From positions 219,960,438-220,024,437 of the forward strand of contig NC_052146.1 of NCBI RefSeq assembly GCF_902713615.1: a stretch of DNA of 64,000 bases. Reading direction: 5' to 3'. The translations under genes were made by a program, and so were the position numbers. How positions within the stretch are numbered: the stretch's first letter is position 1; every line of letters begins with the position of its first letter. The DNA is from Scyliorhinus canicula. Taxonomy: Eukaryota. The notes below the pieces were generated by a model. That model was not told the DNA's origin. It saw only the letters and a program-made list of their open reading frames with translations, and made no database searches. This document shows positions 47,113 to 59,300 of this stretch, piece after piece.

Positions 47113-49911
47113 GGAACGCTGTATGAATATGGGGAGAAGGCCAGCAGAATGCTGACTCAGCAGTTGAGGAAGAGGCCATGGGAATCGATAAGGTGGTCGA
47201 CGGGGATGGGAACCTGGTAGGGGATTCAGCTGGGCTAAATAGGGTGTTCAGGGATTTTTATAGCGGACTTTATCACTCGGAGTCCCCCGAGGGGATGAAA
47301 CCCTTTTTGGATGGGCAGACTTTCCCAAGGGTGGGCAGGGAGCAGGTGGGTGAGTTGGGGGCTCCGATCAGGGCCAAAGAAATTTCTCAGGGCTTGAAGG
47401 CAATGCAGTCGGGCAAAGCTCCAGGGCTGGATGGGTTCCCGGTAGAATTTTACAATAAATTTTCGGGGATATTAGGGCCGTTGCTGGTTAAGGTTTTTAA
47501 TGAGGTAAGGGATAGAGGGGTGCTGCCCCCGACGATGTCACAGGCCACCATCTCGTTAATATTGAAGTGGGACAAAAATCCCGAGCTGTGTGGGTCCTAC
47601 AGGCCGATCTCGCTGCTCAATGTGGATGCTAAACTGCTGGCCAAAGTGTTGGCCCCCAGGATTGAATATTGTGTGACGGGGGTGATTATGGAGGACCAAG
47701 CCGGATTTGTCAAGGGTAGGCAGTTGGTGGCCAATATTAGAAGGTTGCTTAACGTGATTATGATGCCCCCGGAGGGTAGGGAGGTAGAGGTAGTTGTGGC
47801 CATGGATGCACAGAAGGCGTTTGACCGGGTAGAGTGGGACTATTTGCGGGAGGTGTTGGGACACATTGGGTTTGGTAGGGGCTTTATTGACTGGATCAGG
47901 CTGTTGTACCAGGCTCCGGAAGCTAGTGTAAGGACAAACAAAACAACCTCAAACTATTTTAGGCTGTACCGGGAGACAAGACAGGGATGTCCCCTCTCCC
48001 CGCTCTTGTTTGCACTAGCCATAGAGCCGCTAGCAATTGCTCCGAGAGCTTCTGGGGCTGGAAAGGGCTGGTTCGGGGGGGGGGGGGGGGGGGGGGGGGG
48101 AGCATAGGGTATCGCTGTATGTCGATTTACTCCTATATGTGGCGGATCCAGGGTCGGGGATGAGGGAGATTATGACGATTCTGAGGGAATTTGGCCAGTT
48201 CTCGGGATACAAAGTGAATATGATGAAGGGCGAGATGTATGTAGTCCAGGCAAGAGGCCAGGAGGGTCGGCTGGGGGAGCTACCGTTTAGGTTAGTGAGG
48301 GACAACTTTAGGTATCTGGGGATAAAAGTGGTGCATGACTGGGGCCGGTTACACAAGTTGAACTTGTCCCAGCTGGTTGAGCAGATGAGGGGCGAGTTTC
48401 GGAGATGGGATGCGCTCCCGCTATCACTGGCGGGGAGGGTGCAGACAGTTAAGATGACGATATTGCAGAGATGATTATTTGTGTTCCAATGCCTCCCAAT
48501 TTTCATACCTCGGTCTTTTTTGAAGAGGATCAATAAAATCATTTTGGACTTTGTTTGGGCGGGTAAGTCCCCACGGGTGAAAAAGTTGATGCTCGAGAGG
48601 AATCAGGGGGAGGGGGGGCTTGCCCTGGCAAATTTTAGTAATTATTACTGGGCGGCCAATATTGCGATTATAAGGAGTGGGTGGTGGGGACAGGGGCGGC
48701 TTGGGAGCGGATGGAAGTGGCCTCATGCAGGGGCACCAGCTTAGGGGCGCTGATAACGGCACCATTGCCGTTCCCGCCGGCGAGATATACCACCAGCCCC
48801 GTGGTGGTGGCGGCCCTGAGGATCTGGGGTCAATGGAGGAGATGTGTTGGCGCAGTGAGGGCGTCGGTTTGGTCCTCAATATGTACTCATCAGTTCGCTC
48901 CTGGGAGCCGAGATGGGGGGTTTCGGGTATGGCAAAGGGTGGGAATTGAGAAGATGGGGGACCTGTTTCTGGAAGGGGATTTCCTAGCTTAAGGGCGCAG
49001 GAGGAGAAGTTTGGGCTGACAGCAGGGAATGATTTCAGATATCTACAGATGGAGCACTTTCTGCGCAGGCAGGTACCATCCTTCCCACTCCTGCCACAAA
49101 GAGGGATTCGAGATAGGGTAGTGTCTTGGGGATGGGTGGGGGAGGGGAGCATCTCGGACATCTACAAAGAATTAATGGAGGCGGAGGAGACGCATACAGA
49201 GGAGCTGAAGTGTAAGTGGGAGGAGGAACTGGGGGGTAAGATAGAGGACGGCCTATGGACTGAGGCGCTGAGCAGGGTCAATGCGACCGCTACATGCGCA
49301 AGGCTCAGCTTGCAGGATGAGTAGATTTTTTGGGGTGGAAGACAAGTGTGTCGGATGTGCGGGTGGACCAGCGAACCATGTCCATATGTTCTGGGCATGC
49401 CCAAAACTTAGGGGATATTGGAAGGGGTTCGTGGATGTCATGTCCAGGGTATTGAAGACAAGGGTGGAAATGAGTCCAGGGGTAGCGATCTTTGGGGTAT
49501 TGGAGGGCCCGGGTGTTCAGGAGGAGGGAGAGGCAGATGTTCTGGCCTTTCCCTCCTTGGTAGCCCGGCGACAGATACTACTGGCTTGGAGGGAGTCTAG
49601 GCCTCCGAAGTCAGAGGCCTGGTTAACCGACATGGCGAGCTTTCTTGGCCTGGAAAAGATCAAGTTCGCCTTGAGAGGGTTAGTGTCAGGGTTCGCCCGG
49701 AGGTGGCAACCATTCATTGACTTCTTCGCGGGGAATTAATCGTCAGCGGGGGGGGGGGGGGGGGGGGCTAGGGTAGTATAGAGTAGGGGGTTAAATAGGC
49801 GGGCCTTGGAGGGACGGATGTCGGCAGCTGTTTTTTTTTTATTACTTTTTTTGTACTGTGGTTGCTTGTTGTGCCAAAAATACCTCATTAAAAATTGTTT
49901 GTTTAAAAAAA
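47113..49911 (+). mobile_element. 5'-truncated L1-clade LINE (ORF2 RT and Zn-knuckle, frameshifted)
   Basis: GKAPGLDGF, YRPISLLNVDAK, DAQKAFDRV, QGCPLSPLLF, CVGC...HMFWAC; poly-A end; 16-bp TSD aacaatagtattg(a/t)ag at 47097-47112 and 49912-49927. Confidence 0.92.
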
Positions 49912-50102
49912 AACAATAGTATTGTAGACTTGTGCTCCAGAATATGCTGTGCCCCTAGCCAAGATATTCCAGTACAGCTAAAAGACTGGCATATCCCTGC
50001 AATGTGGAAAATTGCCCAGGTATGTCCCATACACAAAAAGGACAAATCCAACCTTGCCAATTACCACCCAATCAGTCTACTCTCAATCATCAGTAAAGTG
50101 AT

Positions 50103-50432
50103 CCTAGAATCCCTACAGTGCAGAAGGAGGCCATTCGGCCCATCTGGTCTACATCGACTCTCTGAAAAGGAACCCTACCCACGCCCCCACTCTATCCCCT
50201 GCAACCCCACCTAACCTGTACATCCTTGGACTCTAAGGGGCAATTTAGCATGGCAAATCTACCTAATGTGCACATTTTTGGACTGTGGGAAGAAACCGGA
50301 AGACCCGGAGGAAACCCATGCAGACACGGGAAGAATGTATAAACTCCACACAGTCACCCAAAGCTGAAATTGAACCCGGGTCCCTGGCGCTGTGAGGCAG
50401 CAGTGCTAACCACTGTGCCACTGTCCTGCCCC
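50103..50432 (-). mobile_element. HE1/V-type SINE nested in LINE
   Basis: 8-bp TSD aaagtgat (50095-50102, 50433-50440); the host RT frame ISKV|MEGVI rejoins across it. Confidence 0.85.
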
Positions 50433-52633
50433 AAAGTGATGGAAGGGGTCATCAACAGTGCTATCAAGCAGCATTTACTTAGCAATAATCTGCTCACTGA
50501 TGCTCAGTTTGGGCTCCTACAGGGTCACTTAGCTCCTGACCTCATTACAGCCTTAGTTCAAACATGGACAAAAGAGCTGAACTCTAGAGGTGAGATGAGA
50601 GTGACTGCCCTTGGCATCAAGGCAGCATTTGACTGAGTATAGCATCAAGGATCCCTAGCAAATGTGGAGTCAATGGGAGTCAGGGGGAAAACTCTCCACT
50701 GTCTGGAGTCATACCCAGCACAAAGGAAAATGGTTGTGGTTGTTGAAGGTGAGTCATCTCAGTCCCCGGACATCACTGCAGGAATTCCTTAGGGTAGTGT
50801 CCTAGGCCCAACCATCTTCAGCTGCTTCATCTGTGACTTTCCTTCTAACATAAGGTTTGATGTGGGATGTTTGCGGATGAGTGCACAATGCTCAGCACCG
50901 TTCAGGGACTCCTCATACACTGAAGCAGTCCATGTGCAAATGCAGCAAGACCTGGACGATATCCAAGCTTCAGCTGACTTGTGGCAAGTTACATTCGCAC
51001 CACATAAGTGCCAGGCAATGACCTTCTCCAATAAGAGAGAATCGAAACATCATCCTTGACATTGAATGGCATTACCACCACTATCACCATCTGGGGATTA
51101 CCATTGACCAGAAACTGAACTGGACTAGCCAAATAAATACTGTGGCTACAAGAGCAGGACAGAGGCTAAGAATCCTGTGGCGAGTAACTCACCACCTGAA
51201 AGCCTGTGCATCAGCTACAAGGCACAAGTCAGGAGTGTGATGGAATAGTGCCCACTTGCCTGGATGAGTGCAACTCCAACAACTCTCAAAAAGCTTGACA
51301 CTATCCAGGACAAAGCAGACCGCTTGATTGGCAACCCTTCCACAAACATTCACTCCCTCCACCACCGACGCACAGTAGCAGCCGTGTACACCATCCACAA
51401 GATGCAGTGACTGAACTCACCAAGACTCCTTAGGCAGCACCTCCCAGACCCACGACCACTACCATCGAAAAGGACAAGAGCAACATATGCTCTGCGTGGG
51501 TTTCCTCCAGGTGCTCCGGTTTCCTCCCACAGTCCAAAGATGTGCAGGATAAGTGGATTGGCCGTGATAAATTGCCGTTAGTGACCAAAAAGGTTAGGAG
51601 GGGTTGTTGGGTTACGGGGATAGGTTGGAAGTGAGGGCTTAAGTGGGTCGGTGCAGACTTGATGGGCTGAATGGCGTCCTTCTGCACTGTATGTTCTATA
51701 TACATGGGAACATCACCTCTTGGAAGTTCTCCTCCAAGTCACTCACCATCCTGACTTTGAAGAATGTTGCCGTTCCTTCACTGTTGATGGGTCAAAATCC
51801 TGGAACTCCCTCCCTAATAGTATAGTGGGTGGGTCCCTGCACCACATGGACTGCAGCGGTTCAAGAAGACAGCTCATCTTTTCCAGGGCAATTCGGGAGA
51901 GGCAACAAATGCTGGCCTAGCCAATGAATCCCACATCCCATAAAAATGAATAAAGAAAAAAAGGTAGGTTTAGTGCTGAATCTCCATGTTTGGTTGCAGT
52001 GTCTGATCAGGAGCCAAAACAATTGAATATGTTCTTTTGCATCTCGCAGGTAATGATGTAACAATACGTTCCATACAGCAGACACTTGCATTGAGACAAC
52101 TACTTCCTGAAATGACCAGCTGCAGTTGTGAATAATAAGGAAACCGAATGGGACCTTAAAAGAATATCAGTTCCACCAATTTGTCTCATTGAAGGAGCTT
52201 ACCTCTGGAGACCCAACAACTAATAATTTTGACTATTGTCTATTCCTCTTTGCTTCTTTTACTATGCAATTGTAAAATAATGAAGTATAAAATGTTGGAC
52301 TCTGAAAAATGTGCCATTATGTATAAACCTGCAGCATTTGGGGAGGGGGATTTTTTAAAATCACTTTTTACTACTGGTGTTACAGAATATTGATGGGACG
52401 TTCTCAAATTTTATCCACATTTTACAATGTTTTAAAGAAAATGCTACTCTTTGTAATGCCATCTTGCAAACAAAGCCTCTGAATGCTGGCTGTGTGCCTA
52501 AGAACATAGTTTATTTTAAATTTCTGCCAAAGTCTTGCAAATATGGTAGGGAAGTCTTCTCCTCTAGTGTGAATTTCTGTGCCCAAACAAATTTTATGAA
52601 TAGCCGATTATTTTAATGTATTGTAACAATGTA

Positions 52634-52659
52634 AAGCCATGACCACCTTTCTACCTCAG
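52634..52659 (+). promoter_or_regulatory. let-7 miRNA target element in UTRN 3' UTR
   Basis: AAGCCATGACCACCTTTCTACCTCAG contains the let-7 8mer CTACCTCA (52651-52658) and matches the recalled mammalian utrophin let-7c site. Confidence 0.85.
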
Positions 52660-53024
52660 ACTCTCCCTCCTTCAATAATGTTAGTTTTTGGCATACAAAA
52701 TGTTCATTTCTATCAAACTAAATGGCATAAAGAATCCAAGTATTTGGTCAGTAGTGACTTGGTGACATTAGAATATTATCTTTGATGCACCCTGTCAAAA
52801 TTTATGACGATCAGCCCAACTTAATACACTTGTTAACCCCCTCCCCCCTCCTTAATGATGTGATTCCAGACCATTAGGTAGGCTGCACCACTACACTGTA
52901 AACTTTCTCATCTTTCTTAGTTCAATAATTGATGTTATATATGTTATATTTTAACATGTAAAGGCAGTGTTGTCTTCTAGCTTAAATCCTGATCATACCT
53001 GACATCACTACACATTTAATTAAA

Positions 53025-53030
53025 AATAAA
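53025..53030 (+). terminator. Candidate polyadenylation signal
   Basis: AATAAA followed by T/GT-rich sequence at about 53066-53110; repeats resume at about 53480. Confidence 0.6.
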
Positions 53031-53479
53031 GTTCATTTATATAACACCAAAACTGAAAATCTTAACTTTTCTCTGTGTAGCTCCTGCTGTTAGTATGAGT
53101 TTCTTTGTAACATTTGCAATGTTCTCTCATGGATAAAACAAATCTTATGACTGTTTACAAACTAAAATATGCACCAGTGTTAATATTAAACTTCATGTTG
53201 TTAGTATTGTCCTGAACATTACGAAGCCCTCAGACATTGTGATAGCCAGATTGGATACTGAGAAAACTCTCCATTGTCTCTTGTCGACCAGCTTTAAATT
53301 GTGGTCACAGTGGAGGATCTCAGACTATCAGAATTAACATACCCTTGTACTTGTTCATCAGATGACATGCAGCTAACTCCATGAGTTATTGTGAAGTGAA
53401 ATCGAAAGACTTGTTCAAGAAATTATTGCCAGCGTTGATGATTTGTACCTAATTTACTTATGGCACAAAATAGTAATGC

Positions 53480-55585
53480 CAGGACGCTATAGACAATAGG
53501 CTGAAAGTTGAACCATGGAATACACTTAACTGTCTACTTTCAAAGTGATGGGAGGTGTCATTGGCAGTGCTATGAAGTGTCACTCACTCAACAATAACTT
53601 GCTCAGTTTTGAGTTCCACCTGGGGAATTTAGCTCCTGACCTCATTACATCCTTGGCTCAAACATAAACAAGAGAGCTGAATTCCAGAGCTGAGTGGATC
53701 CTTAGAAATATGTACGTCAGTGGAATTAATGGAGAAAAAGCTCCACTGGTTGGAGTCACACTTGTGAAGATGGTTGTGATTGTTGGAGGTAAAAACATCT
53801 CTGTCCAGGGCATCATTGCTCAGGATAGTTTCCTCGGTTCAATCATATTCAGCTACTTCATCAATGACGTTCCCTTCATCATAAGGTCAGAAGTGAAGAT
53901 GCCTGATGATGATTTCATGATCATTGTACCAATTTTCAATTGTTCAGATACTAGGCAGTCCATGCCCACACATTGCAACACCTAGATAAAATTTGGGCTT
54001 TGGCTAAGCTGTGGCACCAATTTTACTTCCCATCTATATACCAGACAATGACCATCTCAAACAAGAATGAATCTAGCCAACTCCATAAGACCATGAGCAG
54101 AAGTAGGCCGTTTGACCATTGCATCTGCCTGAGTCTTGACTGATCTGATATGATAATCTTCAACATCACTTTCCCACCTCATTTGCATAATCTTTGATTT
54201 CCTTGCTGATTAAAAATCGATCTATCTACCCAGGATTTTGAACAGGGAGACAAGAGGTTGGCAATCCCATTGGGAATGAGCAGGATATGACCATTGGGGG
54301 GAGACACAGTGTAAGGATCAGTCTAAATACCCTCAGAAGCTGATGGTCAATAGGGGCAGAGCTGTGTCCTATAGAGGTTCAGGCGAGTGAGATTTGTGTC
54401 CACCATTGGATCAGTGAAGAATTATATAAACATTATCGACATATTATAAAATTATAATTGGATATTATGTAAATGTAATCTAGATATTATATGAATGTTA
54501 TCCAGATATAAACATGAATAAATATTAGCTAGCTCGATTTTGGGTTTTTTTTGCTGCTTTTTAAAAACCTTACCCTGACCCTAATGCTAACCCGACGAAA
54601 AATCAGACTAAACCATGCGATTTGATTTTCCAAAATGCTATTAAATCTTGCACTCGCACTTTGCACACAGATGTTGCAAACCTATATGTGATTTTGTAGC
54701 TTATAATTGTATGTCTGATTTTCCATAGGGTTAGGATAATGTAACAAGTAGCAAAAATAAATCTCACAGCATTTCTCTAAAAAGCACGACCCTTGCTGCT
54801 GCTTGGCAACAAGTGGGAATTTACATTTGCACCACACAAATGCCAGGCAATGACCATCTCCTATAAGAGAGGATCTAACAATCGCCCCTCGACATTCAAA
54901 GCATTACCATCGCTGAATCTCCCCGCAGAATCAACATTCTGGGGGTTACCATTGATCAGAAACTGAACTGGACTAGCCATATTAATGCTGTGACTATGAG
55001 GGTAGGTCAAAGGTTAGGAATCCTACGGCAAATAACTCACCACCTGACCCCCCAAGCCAGGCCACCATCTACAAGGCACAAGTCAGGAGTGTAATGGAAT
55101 ACTCTCCACTTGACTGGATGAGTGCTGCTCCAAAAACACTCAAGAAGCTCGACTCCTGGGCAAAGCAGCCCACTTGATTGCTTTCACTTTCACAAACATT
55201 CAAACCTTCCACCACCGACGAACAATGGCAGCCGCGTATACCATCTACAAGATGCACTGCAGTAACTCACCAAGGTTCCTTAGGCAGCACCTTTCAAACC
55301 CACGACCAATACCATCTAGCAGGAAAAGAACAGCAGATACCTGGGAACCCCACCACCTGCAGATTCCTCGACAAGTCACTCACCATCCTGACTTAGAAGT
55401 ATATTGCCGTTCCTTCACTGTTGCTAGGTCAAAATCCTGGAACTCCCTCCCTAACAGCACAGTGGGTGTACCTACATGTCAGTACTGCAGCGGTTCAAGA
55501 AGGCAGCTCACCACCATCTTCTGAAGGACAACTAGGGATGGACAATAAATGCTGCCTATCCACATCCTGTAAATGAATTTTTTTT
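53480..55585 (+). mobile_element. Two further fragments of the same LINE family (about 53480-54085 and 54800-55585)
   Basis: Parallel to 50440-51060 and 50980-51950 respectively. Confidence 0.7.
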
Positions 55586-56369
55586 AAAGCCCAGAAATTC
55601 TCAGTATCAACTTGTGCAAAAAATTGAATAGCATTTTGGTGCATCAAGTGTCCTAAAATTACACAATCTCAACTGATTTTCCGTAGGGTTAGTTAATGAG
55701 GGAAGCAGGTTTGTGTTAATGGAGGTGTGTTTGTGTTAATGGCGATGCGTGTGTTAATGGAGGTGTGTTTTCATGTAGGAAGGCATGTTTGAGCTTGGGA
55801 AGATGTTTCCACATTTAGGGAGGTGTGTGCATTAAAGGAGATTTGTTTGCATTAAGGGTTGGGATTAGCGTTCGCGTCAGGGTTAGTACATGAGGGTCAG
55901 TTCATTAGTTAGGGTTGATTAAAGTTAGTGAGGGTTAGAGCTAGAGTCATTAGGGTTAGGTTCAAGGGTAGGGTGAGGCTCAGGGGCAGAGTTAGAGTTG
56001 AGGGATTGTAAAAATTGACAGTAGGTGCCGAGGACCCGGGTTCGATCCTGGATTCTGGTCACTGTTCGTATGGAGTTTGAACATTCTCCCAGTGTCTGTG
56101 TGGTTCTCGCCCCCAGAACCCAAAAGATGTGCAGTGGATTGGCCATGCTAAAATTGCCCCTTGATCGGGGGAAAAAAGAATTGCGTACTTTAGATTTTAA
56201 AAAGTGACAATAGATTTTCGTGGCATTGCTCAAAAAATCGTGCATTTGCTGCCACTAGACTGCAACATCTACGCACCATGTGTGCTTGTCAAAAACTTAG
56301 TAATAAGGGGTAGGGGTGGTTAGGTTTTTGGGTTCGGGCAGATGGGGATAGAATCAGAAAAATACAGTG

Positions 56370-59300
56370 CAGGACTTCTGGTGGCGGTCATGAGCTGAGC
56401 GGCCGCACCTAAGGTGATTCTCACTTGGGAACTTATTACCAGGCCCTTTAACCTGTCAAATAGATACAAAAACGAAACAAAATCCGCCCCAATCTCACAC
56501 CCAACTAAGAACCAACCATCCAAAATGCCATTGAACCAGCCATGGAGCCGAAAATACAGTAAAAGTTGAGAGAGGGCTTCAGAATGAGAGGACACGTGGG
56601 GCGAAACAAAGCAGAGCATTGTGGACCAAGCAGACTCGCCAACTCAAACGCTGGCCTACCCGTTGATGGAGCTCTCTTCATGGAACTCCAGAAACACAGG
56701 GCTCAATAAAAGAGGGCCTTATGTCGACCATGAGGTCAGCTATAGAAACTGCACTGGCCACCATAAAGGAGACGGTAGAAAGAACGGACTGGAAACCCAG
56801 GAAGCAATGGTCCAGGACAGAAAGCAGCCACTGACCAGGGCAAGGGGATCGCCTCACTTGAAGCCAAGGTGGCAAGGTTTGTAACAACCCAGAAAGCTCT
56901 CGAGGGGAAAATCAACAATCGGGAGAACAGGTCCCATTGACAGAACCTGAGAATTGTCAGGCTACCAGACGGTGCAAAGGGCAGGAACCCGACAGAATAC
57001 GCTGTGAAGATGTTCGGCAAACTGGTCAGAGAGGAAGGCTTCATCAAACCCCTGACGGTAGACCGGGCACACGGGTCGCTCCGGCAAAGGTTCAAGTCAG
57101 GAGAACTATTACAGGCGATAATCACAAATCTGCAGAAGTGTCAAGACAAAAGAGCGGGTACTTAACTGGGCGAGGAGCACATGGTCATGTAGGTGGGAAG
57201 GACACACAATCCGCAACTACCAAGACTTTAGAGCCGACCTGGTCAAGCACCGGGCAGAGTTTATCTGGGCCAAAGGGCCATTATTTTAAAATGAGGTGTG
57301 GTTTTGCATGTTGTACCCGGCGAGACTATGGGTCATGTGCAACAGTAAAGAACATGATTTTAACACGTCGGAGGAAGCAAGCAAGTTCATCTGAAAGAAT
57401 GGACTTGGAAGTCAGCAATAAGAGACAGTCAGGAACTCTTATCCTTGACTTTCTTTTGTTCCTAAAAAACCTGCATGATTTAAGGTGGGGGGAAGGGGAA
57501 AGGTACTTAGAATGAGAAGGAAACGGGGGGGGGGGGGGGGGGGGAGAAAGGAAACCAAACAGGTCAACTTTAAAAGAGCTGCTCCCTAGGAGAAGCCACC
57601 ACACTGGCGAGTAAGGGAGCGGGGGGGGGGGGGGGGGGGGGGGAGCGCTATGCATCTCCCGAAAGAGTCTGGCAGAAGGGTGGACAAACAGCAATACGGG
57701 TGGGTGAGAGGCGGGGGGGGGGGGGGGGGGGGGTGCAGGTAAGTGGGAGGTGGAAACAGAGGTACGGGGAAAGGGAAGGGGAACGGCATAGGCAGGAGGG
57801 GGGGGGGGTGCAGGTAAATGGGAGGTGGAAACAGAGGTACGGGGAAAGGGAAGGGGAACGGCATAGGCAGGAGGGGGGGGGGGGAGGAGCAGGGTCGCAA
57901 CAGGCTGGAAAGAGGAAGATTTTGATGGCCATCTTGGATGGCCCATGAACATAGGGAGATGTCAGTTGCAGGGGCATGTCCATGAGGTAGAATAGAATCC
58001 CTACAGTGCATTTAATCATGGCTGATATTTTTCTCATCCCTGTAACCCCACCTAACCTTTGTACACTTTGAGGCAATTTAGCATGGCCAATCCACCTAAC
58101 CTGCACATCTTTGGTCACGCACAGTCACAGGGAGAAGGTGCAAACTCCACACAGACGGTCGCCCAGGGCAGAGTCAAACCTGGGTCCTTGGTGCTGTTAG
58201 GCAGCAGTACCACCGTGCCGCCCCCAGAAGCTAAGTATGGATGACCCTACACCGGGTGGGGGAGGGGGTGGGGTGGAATATAGTATAGTGTGATGGAACC
58301 CCATCAGAATAGTCACCTGAAACCTGAGCGGACTTGGGCTGGTGAAAAGATCCAGAGACTTTGCCCATCTAAAAAACTGAAGTCGACATAACCTTCCTTC
58401 AAGAGACACACCCGATGGAGAAGAACCGACTGAGGGGAAGGAAAGGCTGGGTAGGACACACTTATCAGGTATGCTTCGGGGGCGGCATGTGGTGCAGTGG
58501 TTAGCGCTGAGACTGTGTCGCTGAGGACCCGGGTTCGAATCCTGGCCCTGGGTCACTGTGTGAAGTTTGCACATTCTCCCCATGACTGTGTGGGTTTCAC
58601 CCCCACAACTCAAAGATGTGCAAGGTAGGTGGATTGGCCACGCTAAATTGCCCCTTAATTGGAAAAAATAGTAATTTGGTACTGTAAATTTATTTTAAAT
58701 AAAGGCATGCTTCGACACAGGGATGAGGGGGTGGCCATACTGTTTAACGAGAGGACAGCCTTTCCAGCAACAAACACAGTGATGGACCCAGGGGGACGAT
58801 ACGTGATGGTTAGTGGTGTCTTGGAAGGGACACCAGGGGTACTTGTAAATATATATGTCCCAAACTGGAACAACACCAATTTCATTCAAAAACAATGTCA
58901 GAGATCCCCAATCTTAACTCCCACCAGCTCATCATGGGGGGGGTGGGGGGGGGGGGGGGGTGGGGGGGGGGGGGGGACTGTACAGGACCAAATGGCAGAC
59001 AAGTCCAGCCCCGAATCAGGGAATAAATCGACAAAAGAACTGAACACCTTTATGGAGCAGATGATGGGGGCGGACGGCTAAACATGTGGAGGTTCCACCA
59101 TCCGAGGGAGAGGGAGTTCTCCCACATTCACAAAGTCAATTCCCATATCGACTTCTTTGTAATCGGCAAATCGGTGCTTCCAGGGATAGTAGGGGTGGAA
59201 TACTCCATAATAGTAATCTCGGACCACGCACACATTATATGGACGTGAGGTTGGAAATAGGCCAGGCCCAGTGCTGGACACAGCCCTCCTCACTGACAAG

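Larger units (their letters stand above)
45404..51962 (+). mobile_element. Near full-length CR1/L2-group LINE with tRNA-SINE-like 5' head (decayed; interrupted by an L1 and two SINEs)
   Basis: Head 45404-45700; APE (LLTNIRGLVPKLGEL, RGKSILYLILTN...SDH); RT (NYHPISLLSIISKV, DAQFG, IKAAFD, GSVLGP, MFAD); tail cccacatccca...tgaataaag + A run. Confidence 0.8.
52050..53050 (+). other. UTRN: Utrophin terminal exon / 3' UTR (3' end approximate)
   Basis: Acceptor ttcttttgcatctcgcag|GTAATGATGTAA (VMM*, compare utrophin AM* and dystrophin DTM*), followed by about 1 kb of AT-rich, repeat-free sequence with a let-7 site and AATAAA. Confidence 0.82.

Noticed and set aside
47178-48107. Intact reverse transcriptase gene
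   Set aside because: Part of a 5'-truncated L1 with frameshifts and stops, and a degraded catalytic motif (SLYVD rather than YADD).
8178-58700. tRNA genes suggested by A/B boxes
   Set aside because: All are heads of SINEs, continuing into SINE cores and tails with no complete cloverleaf.
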